Positions 39,506 to 50,803 of a stretch of DNA of 64,000 nucleotides are shown one piece after another. The notes under the pieces are model-generated. The model saw nothing but the letters and a program-made list of their open reading frames with translations. It made no database searches and was not told the origin of the DNA. Each line of letters starts with the position of its first letter. Within the stretch, counting starts at the first letter, position 1. This DNA comes from Catajapyx aquilonaris (Eukaryota), in assembly GCA_000934665.2 (NCBI GenBank), contig JYFJ02000917.1, positions 1 to 64,000 of the forward strand. Reading direction: 5' to 3'. A program made the translations under genes and the position numbers.

Positions 39506-41524
39506 GACGTCAATGATTTCGTTGCGTCTATTCGTATGCGATCAGATTCGGCGGGAGATGTTTCAATTTCAGCTCAATAATGGGATCACTAAGAAAAAAG
39601 TTACGCCCCAAAAACCAAAAAAAGGTAGTGTAATTATGGCCACCACTGTATGTCAATCGCACCAATTTGCACAATAACATAATTTATTATGAAATTACAA
39701 TTTATGTTTCTCTCATGGAAAAGCACTAAGAGTATGTAAGTAGGGGCTTCATAATTATACAAGTACAAAGGCATAAGTAGCTAATTATAGTTTACGGAAT
39801 TGTTATGGTTATATAAACAGTGGTTATTACATTATAAAACATCTGGTATATGCAAATTAATTGTGTAATGCCGTATTTTGCTGCCCATTATTTTACTGCA
39901 TAGCGGGACATGAAGTGATATAAACACACTACAACTCCAGATGTAACTGTGGTAGCACTGAAAGTGTGGCGGTACTTTGTCGGTAAAAAAAAATGAAACT
40001 GCGATATTTTGCACGCTAAGTGCAGGAATTAAAAGCCGGCACCGCTTTCTACCGCGCACTGAACACATGCCAGCACACTAACTTGTAACTGCTATGCCTT
40101 TGACAAAATAACTGATGTAGAATTCTCATAACAATCATTAGTCACAGTGTCATTACTGTCATCATTAGACACGCCTCGAAGTGTTTGTCAGTACCAGTAA
40201 ATTCAAACAGGTTATCATGTATGGAATGTTCACGTCATTTTCAGTACCATTATAATTATATTGTAGAGCAAGTTATGATATGATCACAACATAATATTAT
40301 AAGACATAATGTTACTCAACCACGCATCATTGGTTTATTTTCTCCCTCATCACTTTGACTCAATCTTAGTGCTGCACAACAACTTCCCAATCATCCATTC
40401 ATCATTACCATATATCGAAACTGAAGGCCAAATGCTCACTTTCTACATGCTATTGTCCGAGGCGCTACTTTCTATGTAGGTTTATGTGACCCCTTACCGC
40501 TCATCACTCCCATCTGGGGTCAAAGCCATAATACCTGCCAGCCAAATTCCCCTCGAGGCCCAGACAAAATTCCGGTTCATTCCCCTTAAAGACACTCTGC
40601 ATTCATTAGTAACTTGCCATTCAACACTAGCTATACGGTGTGAACTAGCTTCAATATGTAGTTTAATTCCTCTTCTTTTCTCTACCGTTCCTTCCTCCTT
40701 TTTGAGTAACTAGGGCAGAGGGACACGATTGGCGTTCTGTCTGCCGTGAAGTTCACGGCGCCTTGGCTCTTTTTTCCTGAGGGACTTTGTGGCTCATCCA
40801 TTCAGCAGGCAGGCAGTGGTGGTCTGGATGCCAGTCAGTTCTTCCAGACCTAGGGATAGAGACGGGTTGCCTCCGAAACGTGGTCCTCTGGTTTTGCCCA
40901 GAGGACTGCCTTCCACGTTGACACCTCTGGAGTGATGGCCCCGCCACTTACACTTGGAGGAATTGGAGGAAGTCTTCAAAGGTGAGTATATACAGAGTGA
41001 GGGGAAAGAAAATCGTGGGGTTTTTTAGAGGTTTTTCACATTGCGCTTTCTAACGGATTTGGTCGGCGGGAAAGTGCTGGCTTGTCTTGTGCAGACAGAC
41101 CAATGCTCTTTGGTATTGACATGGGGATCTATTTTTAGAGCTGGTGCTTAGTTTCTATTTGCGTGAAATTGACACTGTGCAAATACGCACACGTCACTTG
41201 CAAATAATTGACATAATGAAGGTAATTAATGCCATGTTCGATTCATGGAGGTGTTATTTTATGCCTAAATCTGCACATTTTCCACGGTTATGACAGTAGT
41301 AAATAAATACTGTACATTCTTACCTGGTGAGACTTGCTACTGAGTTGCTATTGCGACATACGATGATACTGTACGTTATTGATCGTGACAGAATTTATGC
41401 AGGTAACAGTACGCTGCCCTCACTTTTATGCAAGTAATTATTGAAATAAGCTAAACCCTATTGTTACCTAAAGTAATCAATATAAAAATGGCTTCTTGTT
41501 CACACTTCATCATTAATATTTTAT

Positions 41525-41569
41525 CCCACAAAAAAATGGTTTCCAAAGGTGGAAACCATTTTTGTGGGA
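41525..41569. repeat. Near-perfect inverted repeat (about 20-bp arms, 4-nt loop)
   Basis: TCCCACAAAAAAATGGTTTCCA-AAGG-TGGAAACCATTTTTGTGGGA. Confidence 0.7.
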
Positions 41570-42528
41570 CATTTCCAGCATAACTTCTCAAATGCAAGGC
41601 AATTCATTATTCCATGCCAGAAGCTGCTTCTTGTATAATCGACACCCAAATAATAATTAAAATATTAATACTTTCAGTACCACTTATAGTCAATGTGCAA
41701 TAATTTACGACATGTTTATGCTACACTATCTGTATACGTTACATTCCACTAAAGAGAGCATGAAAGATCACCCTGGAAACAGTCTTATTGCAGATTTTTA
41801 AACTGATGACAAAAATGACCAATCATACAGTAGTAGGCTACATGGACAGAAACATTATTTACAACTGCACAAAAATGCTATGTTCAGCATGCTGAAACGG
41901 TTTGTTTCGGGGATCTAATCTTGGCGGCGCCTTCAAAAGCACTTAAAGCACACACACACACAAAAAAAATCCGCACCTTAAAAATTACATGCTGTACCTG
42001 GAGATGATACCATCAGCTTAAATTTGAAACAATGTTTCACCCTGCCACTCAAAGTATCACTTTTACTGGCTGCCGTGCACAATAAACCGTTTTGTCACAC
42101 GAGAGAGAAAACATTGCATTCAAACAATCCGGAAAGAAAGTGCACCCAAAGCTTCCTTATAAGAGATGTCACACCATCACTTGGATGGCCATTTACAAAA
42201 TTATTGTTGGCAGCATATCCTTGTTTTTAAATCCATGCAGCCGGAGATGAGGCAATACGATCGTGACCCTGTCCTAGGAGGCCAATAAACCCTCCTTGAA
42301 TCCTGTTTTCCATTCCGGTAACTCGGAAGCCCCTCCACTCCCTGTACATTCTTCTTCTTCTTCCACTTTCACCCACACATTTGACTGTTAGTTTTGCCTG
42401 GTTGTTCCCATTTTTGACCTTACTGCCGGTTGGCCTTGGCCAGCATTTCAGGCAATGGTTCCGCTGGACCCAATTGGCTGATACCTCACCCGGTACAGCT
42501 GCTCAGGTACAACACGCCGTTTCCGGTC

Positions 42529-45500
42529 ATGGCCTTATGGACCCTATTCCAGCTCATGAGTGGGTCGCCTCTTCTGGACTGGAAATCCATGAATTCGGCC
42601 ATTGGAAGGAAGAGCAACAAGCAACATGGGGGTCGAAGGATGGCAGTCGACAACAATGGTAAATCACAAGAAATATACCTTATGAACTTATTCGCTATGT
42701 TATACAGCATGTGCTTTGAAACGTTACCGCGATACACATCATTTAAAAATATTAATTAGTCTGTAAGTCCAATTGAAGTTCAGAGAGTGGTGTGGCGGGG
42801 AATCCCCATTCATTTGAATCATTTACTAAAACTAAGGGCCGGTTTTTATGAAAACCGGCCTTGGTGAAACCGGCCCTAAGAGTAACATGCAGCATACAAA
42901 TCATTTGAACCCTTTCCAGGTGCGAAACACTTGAAAACCCCGGACACAATAGAATTTTCCGGAATTTTCCAACTTTTCTAGCATAGTATGACCTACAATT
43001 TGCAGGGTATGAGAATGTAATATTTTTCATGCAGAAAGGATTCCATAATATTCTTGAAAAAATGTCTATGAAAATCCTATTACCTGTTAGAAAAATGTAA
43101 GTAGGCCTTCTAGCACAGTGGCTTTAGGGAAATTCCACTGATGGTCTCTGGTATTCCAAAAATGATGTGAATGACACTTTCGTCTTGGAGTGATTTTCCC
43201 CTTGTCAAAACCTGATTGATTGATGATAAAAACGCAAATAGACAAAGCAAGTCCTGATTATTATTTTTTTCAGCCACAGAAGAATATCCATCAAAGTGTT
43301 ACGGTAGCTTGGGTTGCGTGGAAGTAACAGACGAGTGGTACCACCCGTTCTTCCGGCCTGTTAATTTATTACCTCAAGACCGAGAGCAGGTCAACACGCA
43401 ATTCCTTCTTCACACCAGAGAAAATCCCGATAAGGTACAGTACAGTGAATATGTCCCTGGGGAAAGAAAGTGTTAATTGCAATCCACTAAAATGCACTTT
43501 ATTATTTCAACTCAAAGAGAATTTTTCTACAATAATCAACAGAACAAAAAGTGATACAATCACATGTACTTGAGCACTTTTTTTTCGAGCTGATGACCCA
43601 TTTTAAATTTTATGAGGGTGTAAATAATTAGTTCTCATGAATTTTCACAATCCAGGTCATGCCAATTTTGAATAGAGAACTCATTCTCGTCAATCCAGAG
43701 CATCGTAATGTCCATTCAAGGATTAAAATAATTGCTCTGACATCTATAAAGATTTGTAGGATATGACCTATATTTCATTACTGTCAGTTCAATATTTTGT
43801 GACATATTGGATCTAATACTGCTTGATTATGTCACCATGGATAGTACTCATTTCTTTGTAAGGAATTGTTCATCTACAGTAGGATTTTATGAAGACAAAT
43901 CTACATATGAAAATAATCAGGCCAAGTTTTCCTAAACTATATCCCGAGTAGAATAATTCTCCGCAGTTATAGCCACAGCGAATTAGACCGCATAAAAACA
44001 CCACATAAGTTAAAGTCAGCGAAACCGTTGGAACCACACCCAAGTCCTTCTTCCGATGCTATTATGGCATTATTAAGTCCTTAATCGTACTGTACATTAC
44101 GTACTGCAAGTGTTATTACCTGGAAACTAACAGTAATAGTCATTTTTTTCACAGGAAGAATTTATATCAGCCGACAAACCTGACAGCATAGGTGCATCTC
44201 ATTTCAACCCTAGGAAACCCATAAAATTTATAGTCCACGGTTTCATCGACACTGGATATGCAACATGGCTGATTGTATGTGTGAATTTATACAGGGCCTG
44301 AAATGCAGAACGATCCGTCACATGTGACTAATTTCGAAATATGTGGGTTTGAAATTTTAAAATGAGTAGCATGGAATTGTGTAGACCTTTCTTTAGGAGG
44401 GTGAAATTTCTCAATAAAAAAACTCAATTAACCATTCGAATTACGGTACTATTTAAAAGAATGCCTAATTAAACATATCCACCAAGCTGTGAATCTTATC
44501 GTTCTGCAATGCAAGTCTTCATACTGTATGTAGAGCATCTGAACATCAATACGAAAGTGATAACTGCATCAAATCTAATATGTCTAAAAAGGCAAGCAAC
44601 ATATTTCGAACATTTCTCTCGCTCAAACGTTACACATTACATGTTTCAATATTTTAACATTTTGTTGCTTCTGTCGGCAGGAAATGACCAGAGCTTTACT
44701 TGGTCATGGAGACTACAATGTAATTAGAGTGGACTGGGGAGGAGGTTCTCTGCCACTGTACACTCAGGCGACAGCAAACACGCGACTAGTCGCTCTGGAG
44801 TTGGCCAACCTCATCACACACCTCATAGTGAGTTCACACCATCCATATTAATTTTGAGTCTTTTTTAACAAACGATTGTCTCGTGCAGAAAGTTCACGGG
44901 GTCGATCCTGGCAACGTGCACATAATAGGACACAGTTTGGGATCTCACATTGCCGGATACGTTGCCGATAAAGTGAAAGGATTGGGCAGAATCACAGGTC
45001 TGGATCCGGCCGAGCCATACTTCCAATACATGCCCCCGATGATTCGACTCGATCCGTCGGACGCAAACTTTGTGGACGTGATCCACACGGACACCAAAAA
45101 TATCATGTTTCTTGGTACGTTAATTACTAGAGACAACATTGCTTAGTTGCAGGCATGTCTATGTATAGACACAAAATAATGCTCATGAGTCTAATTAGTT
45201 ATTAATTCTGACAAAATGTTGAATTCGCCATTTTGTCAGATTAACGACGAAAGACCATATATTGCTTAATCTGCTGTTAGGTTTCCCTACGTTGCCAGGC
45301 TACGGGATGCTGCAGAAGTGCGGACACGTGGATTTCTACCCGAACAACGGCCATGAGCAACCCGGATGCGCGTTGTCTCAGGTTCCTCTGACGGCCATTG
45401 TCCATGGAGTGGAGGAGGCTGGAAGGGAACTGGTGGCCTGCAACCATCAGAGGGCCATCAACCTCTTCCTCAGCTCATTGACTCCTTCAGCCTGCCGATT

Positions 45501-46680
45501 CGTAGGATACGAGTGCTCCGATTACGAGAGCTTCGTACAAGGGGAGTGCTACCAGTGCGGAAGAAGAGGCAAGAATGAGACACAGTGTGCCACGATGGGT
45601 ATGGACGCAGTACATTTTGCACCAGAAGGAAGGAAAGAGGTCGCATTTTACCTCAAGACTTATAAAGATCCTCCTTATTGCTGTAAGTATCCTCACACAA
45701 CACAACAACTTCATCGTCATAATGTACAAGGTGTCGATTTATTTACCACAGTATTTTGCTTCAGTTTAATTCAGTTTAAATTTCAGTGTACCATTATCAC
45801 GTGGTGGTAGACACAGCACGTCCCAAGATAGCGTCGTCTTGGGTCACAGGAAAGCTAAGGGCAAGTCTTTTCGGTGACAAGGCTGACTTGGAAGGTGCAA
45901 TATTCAACGAGTAAGTGCCGCTGCAATATGGTAATTACTAGTGATATTATAAAATATTTTTTAATCCTACAGAATCAACACACGAATGGACCACGGATCT
46001 ACGTACAAATTCATCGTGACATCTCCCAAGGACTTGGGTCGAGTGTCGCGAGTTGAACTTTTCTGGGACTACGACTTTAGTGTGATGGATCCTAGATCCT
46101 TCTGCCTGCCTATTTTGTGCAACGATAATCTCTACGTGGCTGAAGTTGACGTCACAGACCTCACTCATAGATCACAATTGTAAGAAAACTTTTCCTTAGA
46201 CAACAAGGCAATGCGTAATAATTCACATTCACAGTGTACCTTTGCACGATAATTTCAACATGATAATTTTACACAATAATTTCAACTGGATAATTTTACA
46301 CAATAATTTCAACTGGATAATTTTACACAATAATTTCAACTGGATAATTTTACACAATAATTTCAACTGGATAATTTTACACAATAATTTCAACTGGATA
46401 ATTTTACACAATAATTTCAACTGGATAATTTCACACAATAATTTCAACTGGATAATTTCACACAATAATTTCAACTGGATAATTTCACACAATAATTCAT
46501 TTTAGACAAAACTACTCGGGGAATGTAGCCTATTATCTGAGAGGAAAGTATTGTTGTGCTGCTCCTTAATTTACTCCTTTTTATTTCAGAGTAAGCCACA
46601 TTTCAAGATTCAAAGGACGCGATAACAGTGAGTTTGTCAACATTAAATCTGGAAGCAGAGGTGTTTTCGTTGAGACGTGA
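42529..46680 (+). CDS. Pancreatic lipase-like protein, copy 8 (9 exons; start uncertain)
   Basis: Exon 1 [16 protein letters not shown] resembles copy 9 [16 protein letters not shown] and splices in phase to SKCYGSLGC (43274+); [17 protein letters not shown] in one exon; ACNHQRA; stop TGA 46678-46680. Confidence 0.9.
42836..42876. mobile_element. 41-bp Harbinger-like mini-element
   Basis: TIR GGGCCGGTTT / AAACCGGCCC with TAA on both sides. Confidence 0.55.
46245..46497. repeat. 27-bp minisatellite, 9 full units plus a partial, in the last intron of lipase 8
   Basis: Unit CACAATAATTTCAACTGGATAATTTYA, with no spacers. Confidence 0.97.
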
Positions 46681-48123
46681 TACTGGAACAATGCGAAGTG
46701 TTCTACAGCAACAAGTGATACCAACCATTCCAGACCGTAGATATCATACGTATTGTTAGAGTACGTGTTGCATTATGGCGTCAAGAACCTTGTGATACAA
46801 AAAAAAACTTGCCTGCATGATTAGGTACGGTATCTAATTTATTACACTTTCTCAGAAAGAGGCGTTAATTAAATCTTGCATCTTAAAGCTTAGACAAAAG
46901 ATGACGTGTACCTGCTAGTTGAACCTCGAATGATCATTTCTTTTTGACTGTACATGATACCATCAATTTATGATACACAGCTACTAGCCCAGCATGCAAG
47001 GAATATTATTTAACTGTTATAATGTACATTTTCCGGAATAAAAATATGCAGAAATAGGAAAAGTCTGAAACATGCATCAAAATTATTTACGTAATGAATC
47101 AGATGCCCATTCGTCAGACAATATTTTCTGCGCCTTCGAACCACAATGAAAAATGCGCATGCTTTCTGTAAATTTATATTTTTTGTGACAAGTGCTAATT
47201 AAACAGATTCAATAGTAACTCCACTATAGGCCTACCTTTGCAGTTAATAATAATTAACGCCGTCAAATCAACCACTCAGGTCATGTTTCACTGGAGGAAT
47301 TTTTTTAAATTTTTAAATAAATAAACAGGAAACATTCTTCCCAAAGTTGGCGACACCGTCAGTTAGGTGAAGTTGGAATAATTGTGAAGAAATGCTAATG
47401 ATATTGTTAGTACTTTTATCGTAATCTATGTATGTATAGTAATGCTGTACTTCCTTCATTCTTAATGAAATCATTTGAGGGAGAAAAATTGAATTAAAAA
47501 TGTGTGCACTTCCAGTTATTCAATACTTACAGCATGTGTGGCAATGAAAGAGTTTTTGAAGGTCGGTGAGTCAGCAGTACTGTAAGTAGCAAAAATTGTG
47601 CATATAAAATTGCTTCACCTTGCAAAATACAAGACATATCCTTACATCTCACAAATAATTTTGTCCACTTTGTTTCTGGAACTATTTCGAATCTCATTGT
47701 CAGATAACGTCATTTTTTTATACGTTGGAGTCTGTATTATTTTTATCATTCCGACCTTTGAACAGGGATGTACAGTCATCGTTGCGGTCGCATAAGTCAT
47801 CGGAAAGACATCAGCTCTTTGTAGAGTTGGTTTAGGGTTGCACTAGTGAGTCACATTTCAGAAACTGAGAGTGACTATTTATATTCTGGATCGTGCTCAC
47901 ACAATTTGTACCACGTGCTAAGTTCACGCTTGATGCAAGAAATGGATGTGAAATAAGGTATGTGCAGTAATCAATAAGAAATTCCGTAATATTCACACTT
48001 TACCAAAGACTGTACGTTGGTAATAATCTTCCCCTGAAAAAATGGTCTAGCAACTTGGAATATTATTGTGAATGCAATATTATTTTACTGCAGATAATCT
48101 GTTGCACATACAGATGACGGTCT

Positions 48124-50581
48124 ATGATGGTGACACTGACTGTGTTTCTGCTGCTTATTTTGGTATGCACAAGGTCAGCTCTTGGGCTGCCAATACTTAA
48201 CTGGCGCTTGTTGTCAACAGCAATAGAGCGTGCCATAGACGGAACAATCAAAGGAACAGAATGTCTTCTTTTCGGTTAGTAACAAAACATTGTGATACCG
48301 TTGTCACAATAGAGTATTGTGTATATTGCATCATTTTTTAAAAAAATTCCAGGGTCAGGATGTGATTCTAAATGTTTCGACGACTTAGGCTGCGTTGAGG
48401 TCACTCACGAATGGTATCACATGTTGCATCGCCCTATTAACCTGATGCCACTTGACAGAGATGCGATCAACACCCAGTTTTACATCAACACGCGCAAAAA
48501 TTACGAAAGGGTAACAAGTGGAATTCAAGTGAAATATTAATTCATATTTGGCTGGCTAAATAGATCCTTATGCAGAATCATATAATGTTGTATTGTGTTG
48601 TGCATTTATATCACTACATATGGTACACTGTTGGTGATATTTGCCAAAATTTAGTTCTGATAGTATAGTTTTCCTGTATAGTATTGCAGCAATATTTAGG
48701 ATGTTATGTTGGCCTTCGGAAAAGAACCCATTTTGGTGAAAAATTTTGATAGCTCAGTTACTTTTCAGGAGCATTTTATAAACCGAAACCATCTGCACCT
48801 CATAAACGAAACGTACTTCAATCCTCAACACTACACAAAAATAATTATTCACGGATTTATCGACACCGGGCACGAAGCGTGGACACTGGTAAATTACCGC
48901 AATGGACTTGCAAAAAATACTATATACCGGTACATTAAAAATGTGCATGCCTGCATTATTACAGGAAATGGCAAAGGCATTGTTATATGACGGCGACTAC
49001 AACGTCATTCGCGTGGATTGGGGCAACGGATCTCTTCCTTTGTACATTCAAGCGACAGCAAATACCAGGCTGGTGGCACTAGAAGTAGCACGTCTCATCA
49101 ATTACCTCAGTGTAAGAAAGAAAACAATGAGCTATTATTTTCTGGTTGGAATTACTTACTGGGAATTTCAGGATCACTTTGGAATGAACAAGGACACGTT
49201 TCACATAATAGGACATAGCTTGGGAGCCCAAACGGCTGGGTATGTTGGACAGATGATTGCAGGAATAGGAAGAATTACAGGTATGCAAGTGAATGGAATC
49301 CTTGCGTGAATTTATTTACTTATTAATCTGAACATGTTGTAGGCTTAGATCCGGCAGAACCTTTATTTCAACACATGCCACCAAAAGTGCGGTTGGATCC
49401 TTCAGATGCCAACTTCGTGGACGTCATTCACACAAACGGAAAAAGCATACTATTTCTTGGTAGGGTAATTGCGGCTAATTGACCCCGAATAATTAATAGC
49501 TGCCCCAAAACAACAGGTTATGGCTTGGAACAAGCTTGTGGACACCTGGACTTTTATCCAAACAGCGGGTTGGTTCAACCTGGGTGCGATTTGACTCAGG
49601 TTCCTCTGACAGCCATCAGTAACGGTTTGGCAGACGCCATCAGGGATTTGATAGCCTGCAACCATCTTAGAGCTGTCAAGCTCTTCACGGATTCAATCAC
49701 ATCTTCGTGTCCGTACGTGGCATATGAATGCGATGATTACGACAGCTTTACGAGGGTATATGATTAATTTTAACTGCATAAATGCTAACTGGGCGTTGTT
49801 GCAATTACACGGTTTTGTTTGCAGGGTAAGTGCTTTCAGTGTGGTGAAGATGGATCGAGTTGCGCTGTGATGGGTTTAAATGCGATTGAATATCAACACA
49901 GTGATCGTGAGGAGGTTCGATTGTACATGATGACAAGCAATCACTCGCCGTTTTGTTGTAAGTGCCACAGTAATTCATTATAATGTAGATTAAATTTGAA
50001 CACTTCAACAACATTTTTCAGTATACCACTACCACCTAATATTGGCAACTTCCTATCCCGAATCAGCTTCCGAATGGATTATTGGGTCTTTTACAGTCAC
50101 AATATACGGATCAAGAGGCCACATGACCACAGCACTTAAAGCGTATATGGCACAACAATGCTAGAAAATTAAAAGGAGATTTATTTAATTTTTAAATTTT
50201 CCAGGGAAGATACACGCATATACCATGGGAGAAGCTACGATTTTCTTGTTGTATCTGAAGCAGATCTCGGTACTTTACAAAGCGTAGAGCTGTACTGGAA
50301 GTACAGTTATAGTATGCGAGATTTGCGATCAGTTTGCGTGCCATTCATTTGCAACGATCATCTCTACCTTGCTGAATTGAAGATAGCACTAATGTTCAGG
50401 CCGAATCAGGAGTAAGTATAATGCTTCGACACCGGTTATGCAAATATGCCCATGTAATCATAACCTATAACTTTGTCTTCACCTTCTTCGCAGGGAATAT
50501 TCTAATATCACTTTTGTCACCCAAGGACGAAGCTTAGCTGGAATACCCTCTGGAACTGCTGTGTTGTTTGTAAAGTCATAA
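48124..50581 (+). CDS. Pancreatic lipase-like protein, copy 9 (11 coding exons, probable upstream UTR exon ending 47958)
   Basis: Signal peptide [42 protein letters not shown]; stop 50579-50581; AATAAA ~50595. Confidence 0.92.
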
Positions 50582-50803
50582 CCTGCTGTTACATAATAAA
50601 CCCTTTGAACATATACACCTCAAAATTCCCCATGTCCTTGTTCTACTTGAATACTCCTATGTCGCAATATTAAGTTATGGTGAACCACTTCCGACCTTGA
50701 GATTTTAAATGCAGATATCAACTTGCCCTTAACCAATGGATTAAAAAACCGCAATAAATTAGCAATGTTAGCGTAGGTAAGTGTTCAGTCTTAAACAGCA
50801 GCC

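Larger units (their letters stand above)
32970..40143. repeat. Diverged tandem segmental duplication: copy A ~32970-34045; copy B split into ~34120-34738, ~35775-36108 and ~40027-40143
   Basis: Shared blocks: GAAGAACACACTTGAACATACCAACAA (~33402/~34598), CACTCACAAGTCAATGCTCTTGAA (~33653/~35825), AATTAAAAGCCGG...CTGATGTAGAATTCTCA (~33934/~40027). Confidence 0.85.

Noticed and set aside
40440..41080. GC-richer block with splice-like signals and a GGCGGGAAA (E2F-like) site
   Set aside because: No coherent ORF or recognisable homology; could be UTR or lncRNA but unsupported
46229..46505. CRISPR-like array or repeat-protein ORFs (HNNFNWIIL / CKIIQLKLL)
   Set aside because: Contiguous repeats with no spacers, inside an intron; the ORFs arise because 27 is a multiple of 3
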